Of a stretch of DNA of 64,000 nt, positions 50,109 through 59,978 are shown piece by piece. Within the stretch, counting starts at the first letter, position 1, and every line of letters starts with the position of its first letter. This stretch comes from Oceanospirillaceae bacterium (lineage in GTDB: Bacteria; Pseudomonadota; Gammaproteobacteria; Pseudomonadales; Balneatricaceae): assembly GCA_024640955.1 (NCBI GenBank), contig JAHEDZ010000001.1:21393-85392 (forward strand). The letters are read 5' to 3'. Made by a program: the position numbers and the translations under genes. Below the pieces are notes generated by a model that was not told where the DNA came from, searched no databases, and was given only the letters and a program-made list of their open reading frames with translations.

Positions 50109-51646
50109 ATCTCTCTCCTTTCGGGGTGCTGTACCAGACAGCGCGTCAGTGCTTCAGATAGGATGGGTGTCCGTATGGGTTTCGTGATCAGCAGATCAAA
50201 ATCACCAACACTTAGTTGGTTGCTTAGGTCAGTTTCTGACAGTGCGGTGACGCCCAAAATAGGGGCAGTGCAGCCCTCGTCGCGTATCTGTCGCGCCGCT
50301 TGCGCGCCGTTGAGCCTTGGCATGTGAAAATCCATGAGGATAAGATCAACCTCAGGATGCGCGCGCATCACCTCTACTGCGTCTTGGCCATCTACGGCGC
50401 GCAGTACACGCTTGAATCCCATTTTTGCGAGGGCGCCCACTAGCACTATAAGATTGGTTGGGCTGTCATCGACGCAGAGTATGCAGAATGAGGATAGATC
50501 CTCAGGCAAGGTTGCGGGTTTCGTCTGGTCAGACGCTGTTTCAACGGCTACGGGCTCCAAAAGATCCGCAGATTCGGCGATGCTAACTAGGTCGCTCGGC
50601 AGATATGGCGTGTTCAACTGCCGACAATTTTTCGCAAGCATCGCGGTTGCGGGTTCAAACTCGGTTGAGAGCAGGCAGATCGTGTTGGGGCGAGCGGTAT
50701 CAGTAAGATGGCGAAATAGCACAAGATTCTTTGCCGCCAAACGGTAATCGATAATCCGCAGGTCTGCCTCTGCGCTAACCTCAGCCACCGTGAGTGAGTC
50801 TGAGGTTGTTACATCCATTCCGAAATGCCCCAGAGTTGCAATGTTCAGCTCAGTCTGGGCACTGGCTGGTGCGATAAATTGTATTCGGCTGTGCGACTGT
50901 TTCTGTTGCCAATTCGTAGCCCTAGCGTTTGAAGCGGGTAGGTCTAGTGTGAAATTGACCTGAGTACCCGCTGGGTTAGAGCGAATCTCCAATGAGCTGC
51001 TCATAAGCTTGAGCAGGTTGTGGGCGATATAGAGACCCGCACCGCTGCCTGGGGGCCTGCCCTTAGTGGCCGACGCTATCTGATAATGTGATTGTACAAC
51101 GAGCGGAATCTCCTCTTCGGGGATTCCTATTCCGCTATCGATCACGCGAAAAATCACCTGTGAGGTGGTCGCCTTCTCTTTTCGTAGGCCGACAACGAGT
51201 GTAACGCTTCCGTTGTCAGTAAACTTCACGGCGTTCGAAACAAGTGCAGAGAGTATCTGCAGCAGTCGCTCCTGATCGCCGATAAAGTTCTTTCCAATCA
51301 AGCGCGGATCAAACTGCAGCATCAAATCTACACCCTTGCTCTCAGCCTCGGCCGAGTAGAGTCTAATACTAGACTCTGCGACCTGGAGTAGTGAGTAGTC
51401 GCGGTGTGTGAAGACGACCTTGTTTGACGCGATACGCTGCACTTCGATGGCGTTATTGAGATGCTGATTAAGTCCCTCGGCGCAGAGCTCTATACGGTTC
51501 AATAAGCTACGTGTTGCATCGGGTAGCTCATGCTCTTCCAGCATCGTTAGTAGGCCAAGAATGCCATTGAGCGGCGTGCGTACCTCATGGCTGAGGACGT
51601 GTAGGTCGGTGAGGCGTCGGTTTTTGACGGCGCTGTTACTACTCAT
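50105..51646 (-). CDS. Hybrid histidine kinase with no recognisable sensor domain (HisKA-HATPase, unassigned segment of about 150 aa, receiver)
   Basis: H-box LSHEVRTPLNGILG begins at about residue 26. HATPase (DSGIGIP, GSGAGLYI). C-terminal receiver ILCVDDSPTN...LILMDFHMPRLNG...TKP. No TM helix. Confidence 0.88.
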   Translation of the reverse strand: MSSNSAVKNRRLTDLHVLSHEVRTPLNGILGLLTMLEEHELPDATRSLLNRIELCAEGLNQHLNNAIEVQRIASNKVVFTHRDYSLLQVAESSIRLYSAEAESKGVDLMLQFDPRLIGKNFIGDQERLLQILSALVSNAVKFTDNGSVTLVVGLRKEKATTSQVIFRVIDSGIGIPEEEIPLVVQSHYQIASATKGRPPGSGAGLYIAHNLLKLMSSSLEIRSNPAGTQVNFTLDLPASNARATNWQQKQSHSRIQFIAPASAQTELNIATLGHFGMDVTTSDSLTVAEVSAEADLRIIDYRLAAKNLVLFRHLTDTARPNTICLLSTEFEPATAMLAKNCRQLNTPYLPSDLVSIAESADLLEPVAVETASDQTKPATLPEDLSSFCILCVDDSPTNLIVLVGALAKMGFKRVLRAVDGQDAVEVMRAHPEVDLILMDFHMPRLNGAQAARQIRDEGCTAPILGVTALSETDLSNQLSVGDFDLLITKPIRTPILSEALTRCLVQHPERREM

Positions 51647-52281
51647 TTATCGACTCCTTTTGCCGAGCTTGGTGCCGTCTCAGCCGCCTCAAAACGGTCA
51701 ATCAACGACGTGAACGCCCAGCGAGCACCTTCGCCTGCCCGTTGCCGGGCTACGTCGCTACCTAGCCCCTCATCCAGGCGGGTCTGTGTACTCTGCCAGT
51801 AGCGATGGGTCTGGTCGCCATAGAGTCGGTAAAAGCGTGTGACGTCAGTGCGTTTGAGGCTTGCCTCAATGCGCGGCGAAAGAATCAGTGCACCCATCGA
51901 TGAACCCTCTAGGACGTAATGTAGTCCTAGTGCGAAGGCCTCGTCGGTACCTGTCGGGGTAGAGTTGTGAGGCTTGAACGGAAAGTTTTGGGTTGAGTGG
52001 TTTAGGTGCTTTAAATCTTCACTCAGCGCGTTGATCTTGTGTTGGGGGTCAGCATAGTTTGGAAGTTTCAGACTACTTAATGCAGGTCCAACGCTCAGTG
52101 TCCAGTTTAGCAGCACACTGAGAGTGCAGGCGTAACTCTGCTCGCAAAGGTCTGGTCGCATCAAACGGCGCATCTGCGGCATGGTATCGAGGCTACGGTG
52201 CAGGGAGGCTGTCTCGTGTTTAAGCCATTCCTGGGCTGTTATTTGTTCTAAAATGTCCACTGCAGGTGGGTCCTGTAACAA
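51643..52281 (-). CDS. bphO: Heme oxygenase-like protein (biliverdin-producing, BphO-type)
   Basis: 212 aa. LKHETASLHRSLD and YVLEGSSMGA fit heme oxygenase helices. Position upstream of bphP. Apparent TTG start. Confidence 0.75.
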   Translation of the reverse strand: MLQDPPAVDILEQITAQEWLKHETASLHRSLDTMPQMRRLMRPDLCEQSYACTLSVLLNWTLSVGPALSSLKLPNYADPQHKINALSEDLKHLNHSTQNFPFKPHNSTPTGTDEAFALGLHYVLEGSSMGALILSPRIEASLKRTDVTRFYRLYGDQTHRYWQSTQTRLDEGLGSDVARQRAGEGARWAFTSLIDRFEAAETAPSSAKGVDK

Positions 52282-52350
52282 GGGCTACTTCAATACCTAG
52301 CACTAGCAGTTTTTATGCCAATACGACACTGCAAATTCGATACTTTAAGC

Positions 52351-53097
52351 TCAAGGGTTGGGCAGATAAAAATCATGACTAAAACTGTCCATTTGAGGGC
52401 GTGCAAAAAGGAATCCTTGGAAGAGGTCGATGCCTAACTGGCGAAGATATTCGTACTCCTCATTCGTCTCTACACCTTCCGCTAGTATCAGAATGCCCAG
52501 CGCATCGGCAAAGCAAAGTACCGACCTTATTAGCGCTTGGCGCACACCACTTTCGTGTATGGAGCGTACCAGGTGCATATCGAGCTTGATGATGTCGGGA
52601 TCCACATCTATCAGGGAATTGAGTCCGGCCGAACCTGCTCCAAAATCATCCATTGCAATGGTGAAACCAACACTTCGAAGCCGGTTTAAGGCTCGTGAAA
52701 GCAATCTCATATCGCGTTGCAGCCCCTGCTCGCTGAGCTCGAGCACAATCTGTTGAGGCTTAACCTGGTCAGGTATGTTTGTGCATAGATCTATCAAGTA
52801 CTCGCCTTGGTCCAGTAGCAGATTCTCTGGGGTGACGTTGACGAAGAGTAGATCGGTATTGCCCAACAAGTGCGAGTACGTGAAAGCCGTCTCGTTGATC
52901 GTTTGCTCGAACTGAGGCTTGTCTTTCACCTCGATGCGCTCAAAAAGGAACCAGGGTGGTTCTTCGTCGGGGCCCCTGAGTAGGGCTTCATACCCGTAGA
53001 TCGCGCCGGTTGAGGAGCGAATAATAGGTTGGAATGCATGCCGGAAGGCGAGCCCTTTGAAAAGGCGAGCCGACGTCACCAAGCTGGTCGAGCTCAT
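52351..53097 (-). CDS. Stand-alone EAL-domain protein (putative c-di-GMP phosphodiesterase)
   Basis: FQPI......YGYEALLRG, FVNV, ELSE, MDDFGAGSAG, KLD, AEGVET and QGF are all present. The ATG at 53097 overlaps the BLUF stop (ATGA), with GAGGAG 7 nt upstream. Confidence 0.88.
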   Translation of the reverse strand: MSSTSLVTSARLFKGLAFRHAFQPIIRSSTGAIYGYEALLRGPDEEPPWFLFERIEVKDKPQFEQTINETAFTYSHLLGNTDLLFVNVTPENLLLDQGEYLIDLCTNIPDQVKPQQIVLELSEQGLQRDMRLLSRALNRLRSVGFTIAMDDFGAGSAGLNSLIDVDPDIIKLDMHLVRSIHESGVRQALIRSVLCFADALGILILAEGVETNEEYEYLRQLGIDLFQGFLFARPQMDSFSHDFYLPNP

Positions 53098-53498
53098 TGC
53101 CATACTCCTCGTCTGAACGCATCGAGAATGCGGCTGCCTCGGGCGCGATACTTGTGGGGAGCAAAAGAGGCTGAAAACGACTCCGTGCCGAGTGATACTA
53201 CTGCCATGTCCCAATTCGGGAACTCTCTTGAATGCACAATACGTTCAGAAATTAGCACAATGCTTTGATGCCGTCTGTCTTGCAAAATCTCAGCGAATAG
53301 GCGATTCACGGCACTTGCAGGTCCCTCGATTATTTGCATAAACATCTTATCGTGCCAGGCTAACGAACCCGTGATGCCGAAGCTATGATTCTTAGCTTGT
53401 ATCTTCGCTACAAATTCTGGAGACGCTATCTTCTCCGGAAAAGTATTAGCAATGCTGGTGTAAATAAGCTGCTTGAGAGGTTCGGTCTTCAAGTGCAT
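53094..53498 (-). CDS. Short BLUF-domain blue-light FAD photoreceptor
   Basis: LIYTS (Tyr), ITGSLAW.DKMFMQIIEG (Gln) and FPNWDM (Trp/Met) form the BLUF signature. About 134 aa from the ATG at 53498. Confidence 0.88.
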   Translation of the reverse strand: MHLKTEPLKQLIYTSIANTFPEKIASPEFVAKIQAKNHSFGITGSLAWHDKMFMQIIEGPASAVNRLFAEILQDRRHQSIVLISERIVHSREFPNWDMAVVSLGTESFSASFAPHKYRARGSRILDAFRRGVWQ

Positions 53499-53682
53499 CT
53501 TACGCGCCTTTATCCTGTGTTGTATTAAAAGTAGACGCAGTTTTGATCGCGTGCACATTTTAGCTTAGGCGCTTTGATACAGGAGCGCTAATAAAGATTA
53601 CGAGTGGACCTAAAGAGTTGGTTTGTAGCTAGGAAAGTCTTAAAGCGGGCTGGGCAGTGAAATAACGTCAGTCTCTAATATC

Positions 53683-53770
53683 GGAGGGCTCTTGGCCCAG
53701 CCAAGGTCGGGCAATACCACGCAGTGGTACAGCCCTCATAACGAGGGACTATTGTCCGACCAAGCGAGGG
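53683..53770. repeat. Intergenic palindromic mosaic element, copy E (rearranged)
   Basis: GGAGGGCT-CTTGGC-cca-GCCAAG-GTCGGGCAATACCAC-gca-GTGGTACAGCCCTC-ataac-GAGGGACTATTGTCCGAC. Confidence 0.65.
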
Positions 53771-53777
53771 TAAATGC

Positions 53778-54260
53778 TCAGTGGTGGTGGCCACCAGCGC
53801 CGTGTACATGGCCGTGATCCAGCTCTTCAGCTGAGGCTTCACGGATCTCAACGACTTCGACATCGAAGTTGAGAACCTGACCTGCTAGTGGGTGGTTACC
53901 GTCTAGCGTGATATTGTCGCCCTCAACCTTCACCACGGTTACTGGCTGCTCGCCCCAAGGTGTCTGCGCCATGAACTGCATACCCACGTCGATGTCGTCT
54001 ACGCCCTGGAATGCGCTGCGGTCAACTTCCTGTACCAGCTCGTCGCGCAACTCACCGTAGCCATCACCCGGCTCAACGCTCACCTGCAGGCTGTCACCAG
54101 CGGATTTACCGAGCAGCGCAGCTTCGAGGCCTGCGATGATGTTATTGGAACCGTGCAAGTAGACCAGTGGATCCTGACCCACGGAGCTATCAAGGGTTTC
54201 GCCATCGGCGTTAGTGAGAGTGTAGTGAATTGAGACGACGGTTTTGTCCGCGATTTGCAT
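53778..54260 (-). CDS. slyD: FKBP-type peptidyl-prolyl isomerase SlyD
   Basis: 160 aa. VVSIHYTL.....E..DSS...PL.YLHG, an IF-domain insert, and the His-rich tail HGHVHGAGGHHH. Confidence 0.92.
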   Translation of the reverse strand: MQIADKTVVSIHYTLTNADGETLDSSVGQDPLVYLHGSNNIIAGLEAALLGKSAGDSLQVSVEPGDGYGELRDELVQEVDRSAFQGVDDIDVGMQFMAQTPWGEQPVTVVKVEGDNITLDGNHPLAGQVLNFDVEVVEIREASAEELDHGHVHGAGGHHH

Positions 54261-54430
54261 CAGGTTGCTCCTGTGAGTGAATTTAGGCTGCGTATGCTAG
54301 AGATCGATACCCTCAGGTGCAACTTTTGGCCCGATAAATACGGGTTGCGACAGGATTTTCGGGTCGCCGCACTAATCGAATAGGGCCTTGCTCACGTAGT
54401 AAAGTCCAAGTATCACGGGAGTTTAGGACT

Positions 54431-54991
54431 ATGCGTCAACTTATTGCAGGGTGGTTAATTGTGTTTGGAATTTTTGGAGCAAAGCAGGCGGTGGCCGAGG
54501 GTGAACTGCTCGACTATACAGTACGCAAATTAAACGAAGACGCTAGCGTTAACCTCGCCGAGGAGTACAAAGGTCAGGTGCTGTTGGTGGTTAATACTGC
54601 CAGTAAGTGTGGTTTCACGGGTCAATACGAAGGCTTGGAAGCCTTACACGCTAAATACAGCGCGCAGGGCTTCGCTGTCCTGGGGTTCCCATCTGCCGAC
54701 TTTGGTAATCAGGAGTTTCGTGAAGAGGCGGCCGTTGCCGATTTCTGTCGTACTACCTATGGGGTGCAGTTTCCGATGTTTGCTAAAGCACGCGTCAGAG
54801 GTGACTCGGCTGATCCATTCTGGAAACACCTGATTGCCGAGAGCGGCGCCTCGCCGAAGTGGAATTTCTATAAATACTTGATCGGTCGTGATGGCAAGGT
54901 GATTAACAGCTACGCGAGCTTTACAGGCCCTGAGTCGGGTACCGTAGTCAAACAGATCGAAGAAGCGTTGGCACAGAACCCTAGCAGCTAA
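54431..54991 (+). CDS. Glutathione peroxidase-family protein (secreted, Cys-type)
   Basis: Signal peptide, NTASKCGFT active site, LGFPSADFGNQE and WNFYKYL motifs. Confidence 0.9.
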   Translation: MRQLIAGWLIVFGIFGAKQAVAEGELLDYTVRKLNEDASVNLAEEYKGQVLLVVNTASKCGFTGQYEGLEALHAKYSAQGFAVLGFPSADFGNQEFREEAAVADFCRTTYGVQFPMFAKARVRGDSADPFWKHLIAESGASPKWNFYKYLIGRDGKVINSYASFTGPESGTVVKQIEEALAQNPSS

Positions 54992-54999
54992 GGATTAAG

Positions 55000-55965
55000 A
55001 TGCAAAAAATCGCAATAATTGGTGCGGGTCTAGCCGGCGCTCTGCTTTCAGACCGGCTTACTGACGCCGGTCTTGACGTTACGCTGTTCGAAAAGAGTCG
55101 CGGAACAGGCGGCCGATTAGCCTCTGCCCGTTTGGGTGAGTTCAGTGCCGATCTCGGTGCGCCAGCGATTGACGCTCAGGGGCAGGTGTTTCGTAGTTGG
55201 CTTGCTTTACAGCAGCAGAAAGGAATCCTAGACGCTTGGCAACCGCGCACCGTTGGCTTCAATGGCGAGGTGCGTGAAAGCGATTGGAAGTGGATAGGCA
55301 AGGGGCGTAATTCGAGTCTGACACGGGCGTTAATTGGGTCGGCTAAATTAGAGACAGAAAAACGCATAGGCGTTGTCTGGCCAGACCGCGAGGGTGTTAT
55401 GCTGCGCGATGATGAGGGCGGCGTGCTCGGTCACTTCGATGCTGTCATTTGTACGGCTCCAGCGCCCCAGTCTGTGCGCCTGCTTGAAGCTGTGCCGCGC
55501 TTTGCTCATATCGCTGAGGAGTCCATTACGGACCCGTCGTGGGTCTATTTAGCGTCTTTAGAGAGATTGCCCGGCAAGCTCGAAGGGGTCGACGTTGTCG
55601 AATCTGGCCATCTGAGGATAGCGCGTATCTCGGTCGAATCGAATAAACCCGGACGCGAGGGGTGTGTCATCAAAGTCGAGATGGACCGCGATTGGTCCGA
55701 GGCTAACATCGATCTATCCAAAGAGCAGGTGCAGGAGCGAATAAGATGTCTGTTAGAGCGCTGGTTGCAGGAGCAGTTGAGTGTCATCACTGAACGGACT
55801 CACCGCTGGCTCTACAACTGTTCGTACCAGCCCGTGCAGGAGTATCTATCTCTCTGGGATGTCGATACACGTATCGGAGCTTGCGGCGATTGGATCGGAC
55901 CCGCAGGGCTTGAGGGCAGCTTCCTGAGTGCTCAAGATCTCGCTGATCAACTACTGAAGAGTTGA
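55000..55965 (+). CDS. NAD(P)/FAD-dependent oxidoreductase (renalase-like, COG3380-type)
   Basis: 321 aa. IAIIGAGLAG...LFEKSRGTGGR dinucleotide-binding motif. Confidence 0.75.
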   Translation: MQKIAIIGAGLAGALLSDRLTDAGLDVTLFEKSRGTGGRLASARLGEFSADLGAPAIDAQGQVFRSWLALQQQKGILDAWQPRTVGFNGEVRESDWKWIGKGRNSSLTRALIGSAKLETEKRIGVVWPDREGVMLRDDEGGVLGHFDAVICTAPAPQSVRLLEAVPRFAHIAEESITDPSWVYLASLERLPGKLEGVDVVESGHLRIARISVESNKPGREGCVIKVEMDRDWSEANIDLSKEQVQERIRCLLERWLQEQLSVITERTHRWLYNCSYQPVQEYLSLWDVDTRIGACGDWIGPAGLEGSFLSAQDLADQLLKS

Positions 55966-56025
55966 CAGAGCGCCGCCTGAGGCATGAACTACACTGGGAG
56001 GGAACCCGATTTAAGGAGGAACTCT

Positions 56026-56964
56026 GTGTCTGTTACAGCGTCGTTGCACCAAGCTGCCGAAGATACATTTAACGCTATCGAATCTCTGCTGCTGGGTAAG
56101 CATGAGCAAGTTGAGCTGGCGCTCGTCACTCTGTTTGCGTCGGGTCACTTGCTGCTGGAGGATCTGCCCGGTATGGGTAAAACCACACTGGCACAGTCGC
56201 TCTCGGCAGCGCTGGGGTTAGAGCACCAGCGGATTCAGTTTACCAGTGATATGTTGCCGGCCGACATCCTTGGTGTTTCGATTTTCGATCAACAGAGCTC
56301 TGATTTTCGTTTTCATCCCGGCCCTGTATTTACCCAACTGCTGCTTGCTGATGAGATCAACCGCACAACGCCGAAGACGCAGTCTGCCCTGCTCGAGGTG
56401 ATGGAGGAGCAGCAGGTGAGTATCGATGGCGAAGTTCACCGGGTTGATCACCCCTTCTTTGTGATCGCGACCCAGAACCCACAGACTCAGTTCGGTACTT
56501 TTCCATTGCCGGAGTCCCAGCTTGATCGCTTCTTGATGCGTATCTCTCTGGGCTACCCTAGCGCTGAAACTGAGCGCGATATTCTGACTCAGGGGGATAG
56601 TCGCGGGCGCATAGCAGCGGTGCGTCCTACTCTAGATCGGTCTCGACTGCTGGCTATCCAAGCTGAGTGCGCCAAAGTGCATGCTGCGCCGGATCTGATC
56701 GACTATTTGCAGCGATTGCTGCAATTCACGCGCGACTCGGAAGCCTTTCATACCGGTGTTTCACCTCGAGGCGGTCTCGCGTTATTGCGTGCGGCCCGCG
56801 CGCGGGCCTGGCTCAAACAGCGTAGGTATGTGGTGCCCGAAGATATTCAGGAACTTCTGCTACCGGTACTGTCGCACCGTATCCGCTCGGCTGATGAGCG
56901 TTCAGACCTTAGCGCGCAACGTCTGGTTAGCCTGCTGTTGGATGAGGTCGATGTTATTCGCTAG
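56026..56964 (+). CDS. MoxR-family AAA+ ATPase
   Basis: Walker A PGMGKTT and Walker B LLADEINR. VIATQNP..Q.GTFPLPE.QLDRF. GTG start with AAGGAGG 6 nt upstream. Confidence 0.9.
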   Translation: MSVTASLHQAAEDTFNAIESLLLGKHEQVELALVTLFASGHLLLEDLPGMGKTTLAQSLSAALGLEHQRIQFTSDMLPADILGVSIFDQQSSDFRFHPGPVFTQLLLADEINRTTPKTQSALLEVMEEQQVSIDGEVHRVDHPFFVIATQNPQTQFGTFPLPESQLDRFLMRISLGYPSAETERDILTQGDSRGRIAAVRPTLDRSRLLAIQAECAKVHAAPDLIDYLQRLLQFTRDSEAFHTGVSPRGGLALLRAARARAWLKQRRYVVPEDIQELLLPVLSHRIRSADERSDLSAQRLVSLLLDEVDVIR

Positions 56965-57955
56965 GCGGTTAAAGGGGCTCTATCGGGAGCAGCGCGCTCG
57001 CTGGGTTGCACGACGTCATCCTGAGGTTGAGCAGCAGCGCATCGATAAGCGCAGAATTTACATACTTCCGACCGCTGCCTGTGCAGGCTTCGTGCTACTG
57101 CTACTGGTGATGTTGCTGTTGGCGATCAACTATGAAAACAATCTGATCTACGGCCTCACCTTCCTACTGGTATCAGTGCTGCTGGTCTCGATGGTTCATA
57201 CCCACAATAACCTGCGTGATACCTTGGTCACTGCCCGCGGCTATGAACCGGTCTATGCTGGCGAAAAGACGCGCTACCGCGTGCACATCTGCGCGCCCGA
57301 ACATCCGGTGGTTGGATTGAATCTGACTTACAGTGGGGGGCAGGTCTCTGTACTGACTTTGGCAGCAGCTGAAGATGCCACCGTTGAGCTCGCCGCCGCG
57401 CCGGGAGAGCGAGGGCAACACTCACCAGGCACGTTAAAGCTTTCGGCACGTTACCCGATGGGGCTATTTCGAGCCTGGAGCTACGTCAATTTGAAACAAC
57501 TGGCGTGGATCTACCCCAAACCTGAGCCGGGTGGGGTACTACCACCCTCATCGGCAGAGGCTGACGCTGCGCTGACTGAGGTGGTTGGAAACGAGGAGTT
57601 TAGCGGGCTGGAGGAGTATCAGCCCGGTATGCCGTTGGGACGCGCGGCTTGGGGAACTTTGGCGCGCGGCCTGCCGCTACAGGTGAAAGAGTTCACAGAA
57701 CCTGTGGGTGATTCACGCTGGTTGCGCTGGAGCTTCTGGCCAGAGCTGGGCAAAGAGGAGCGATTTAGTCGGCTCTGCTACTGGGTGCTGCGGTTAGAGC
57801 GCGAAAATAGGCCATTCGGGCTCGAACTGCCGTCAAAGACGCTCCCTATGGCGAGTGGTCGTGCACAGGTACAGGCGGCATTGCTGGCGCTAGCGCAAGA
57901 GGGCTCAGAGATAAGGGCGCGCAGAGGTGATAGAGACAGCGGAGCCGATGAATAA
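56951..57955 (+). CDS. DUF58-family protein (MoxR partner)
   Basis: N-terminal TM pair, then a DUF58-like region (R.Y..GD....I.W pattern, here [15 protein letters not shown]). Its start overlaps the moxR stop. Confidence 0.75.
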   Translation: MLFARRLKGLYREQRARWVARRHPEVEQQRIDKRRIYILPTAACAGFVLLLLVMLLLAINYENNLIYGLTFLLVSVLLVSMVHTHNNLRDTLVTARGYEPVYAGEKTRYRVHICAPEHPVVGLNLTYSGGQVSVLTLAAAEDATVELAAAPGERGQHSPGTLKLSARYPMGLFRAWSYVNLKQLAWIYPKPEPGGVLPPSSAEADAALTEVVGNEEFSGLEEYQPGMPLGRAAWGTLARGLPLQVKEFTEPVGDSRWLRWSFWPELGKEERFSRLCYWVLRLERENRPFGLELPSKTLPMASGRAQVQAALLALAQEGSEIRARRGDRDSGADE

Positions 57956-59978
57956 TTGGTTGACCCCCAGAGCCCTAAACTGGCAGTTGGCGGCGCTCTG
58001 GGCTGCGGTGCTGCCACATCTTTTGATCCTACCGCTTTGGAGTGCACTGATGCTGGTCGCCTGCACCGGGGTGAGGATTCAGATCTATCGGGGTATCTGG
58101 CGCTTCCCGCCCTGGTATATCAAGCTCGCTCTGCTGGGGTTGCTCTGGTTAGGGCTGCTCTACAGCTTTGATCGCGATACGCTGATGCGCGGTACAGTGG
58201 CCCTGCTGGTTGGCGGCTCGGCCTTCAAGCTGCTTGAAATACACACGCGCCGCGATGCTCTGGTGCTGATCTATTTGAGCTATCTGCTGATTGCAATTCA
58301 GTTTCTATTTGAGCAGGGCATACTTGCCGGGCTCTGCGCGCTGATAGCCTTTGCCGTCGTGATGGGCTCGCAGGTTGCACTGTTTGATCCTCGCTTAAGA
58401 GCTCCGCTTCCCAGTCTGCGGGGCACCTTAAAATTGATTCTGCCGGCGCTGCCGATGATGGTGTTGCTGTTCTTGTTGATCCCGCGCATCGGCCCGCTAT
58501 GGAGTGTGCCTTTGGATACGGGCGCTGCGGCCACCGGACTCTCAGACTCAGTTTCGCCGGGTGATATCTCATCAATGACGCGCTCAGATGAGTTGGCGTT
58601 TCGAGCTGGCTTTGATGGGCCTGTACCTACTAACTCAGATCGCTACTGGCGAGCGTTGGTCTACTCGGATTTTGATGGACGCAGCTGGAGCCTGTCGAAG
58701 CGTCTGGGGCCTGTGCTAGAGACGGTCGAAACGGCAGTTGGGCGCTACAGCTATGAGATCATCATGGAGCCGAGCCATCGCCCCTGGTTACCGGTACTCG
58801 ATGTGCCGCTATCGGTGCAGGGCGCTGATCTGCGGGGAGCACGACAAGCCGTCTCTAAAAGCCCGATCGATAAGCGCTCGAGCTATCGCGTCACCTCGGC
58901 TTCTCGGTTTGAGCTCCAGTCAGTGTTGAATGCTCGATCGAGAGCGCGAAATCTCGCTTTCCCAACCGATCAAAATCTGCAGACGCAAGCGTTGGCAAGC
59001 CAGTGGTGGCGGGAGTCTGAGGGTCAACTAGATCTGTTTATCCGCCGTATCGCGTCACACTTCAACCAGAGCTTTGTCTACACTCTGCAACCGCCTTTGT
59101 TGGGTGCCAACTCAGTGGATCAGTTTCTGTTCGAGAGTCAGCGCGGATTCTGCGGCCATTTTGCCAGCGCGACTGCCCTGTTACTGCGTGCTGCGGGCGT
59201 GCCTGCGCGCTTAGTCGGTGGCTACCAGGGTGGCGAGTATAATGCGGGTGCGGGCTATCTGACGGTGCGCCAGTGGGATGCGCACGCTTGGGTGGAGTAT
59301 CACGACCCTGAGCGTGGCTGGGTACGCTTTGACCCGACAGCGGCAGTCGCCCCTGAGCGTATTGAGCAGGCAGCTGAAGATCTCTTTGCCAACCAACCGG
59401 GCTTTCTAGCTGATCGGCCGTTGTCACCGCTTCGCTTCACCAATAGTGGCTGGCTGTTAGAGGCGCGCCGCGCGATCGATGCGATGAACTTCTCCTGGCA
59501 CCGTTGGGTACTCAACTATCAGAACCAGCAGACCGACCTGCTGCGTTCACTGCTGGGTGAAATCACACCGGTGCGTATGGCCTTGGCGCTTTTGATACCC
59601 GGCGCGCTGATCATGGGTTTTGTGGGCTTTAACCTGCGTCCGCGGCGCAGCAAAGATGCCTTAGTGCGGGCGCAGCAGAAGTTCGAGCGGGTAGCCGCGG
59701 GACTGGGTTACAGGCGCCAGCCGAGTGAGACCTTTGGTGAGCTCGCCAGACGTATCAAAACCCAGTATTCTGACTCCTCGCCCGCGTTGGACTTGCTGGC
59801 GTTTATCGAACAACGTATGCGCTATTCACCCGAGGAGGTGGATCGCGCAGAGCTAATTCGTGCACTCAAGCGTGTTGCCAAAGTGCTACGATTAGAGTCA
59901 ATGCGGGTCTCGCGGAGAAATGCACTGGCTGGCTTAAAGGAAACTAAGGAGAGAGATGCAGGTTCAACTGGCCGATAA
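57948..59978 (+). CDS. Transglutaminase-domain membrane protein (TgpA-like)
   Basis: Multi-TM N-domain (DUF3488-like). Cys-His-Asp core: [26 protein letters not shown]...DAHAWVE...W..FDPT. The ATG at 57948 overlaps the DUF58 stop. Confidence 0.85.
   Translation: MNNWLTPRALNWQLAALWAAVLPHLLILPLWSALMLVACTGVRIQIYRGIWRFPPWYIKLALLGLLWLGLLYSFDRDTLMRGTVALLVGGSAFKLLEIHTRRDALVLIYLSYLLIAIQFLFEQGILAGLCALIAFAVVMGSQVALFDPRLRAPLPSLRGTLKLILPALPMMVLLFLLIPRIGPLWSVPLDTGAAATGLSDSVSPGDISSMTRSDELAFRAGFDGPVPTNSDRYWRALVYSDFDGRSWSLSKRLGPVLETVETAVGRYSYEIIMEPSHRPWLPVLDVPLSVQGADLRGARQAVSKSPIDKRSSYRVTSASRFELQSVLNARSRARNLAFPTDQNLQTQALASQWWRESEGQLDLFIRRIASHFNQSFVYTLQPPLLGANSVDQFLFESQRGFCGHFASATALLLRAAGVPARLVGGYQGGEYNAGAGYLTVRQWDAHAWVEYHDPERGWVRFDPTAAVAPERIEQAAEDLFANQPGFLADRPLSPLRFTNSGWLLEARRAIDAMNFSWHRWVLNYQNQQTDLLRSLLGEITPVRMALALLIPGALIMGFVGFNLRPRRSKDALVRAQQKFERVAAGLGYRRQPSETFGELARRIKTQYSDSSPALDLLAFIEQRMRYSPEEVDRAELIRALKRVAKVLRLESMRVSRRNALAGLKETKERDAGSTGR

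Noticed and set aside
53094-53214. Reading the BLUF/EAL overlap as a frameshifted BLUF-EAL fusion
   Set aside because: The EAL frame has its own ATG overlapping the BLUF TGA (ATGA), with GAGGAG at the correct spacing. The 38 extra N-terminal codons in the track ORF are not EAL-like.
53675-53863. 62-aa minus-strand ORF
   Set aside because: It covers repeat copy E and the out-of-frame slyD 3' end, so it is an artefact.
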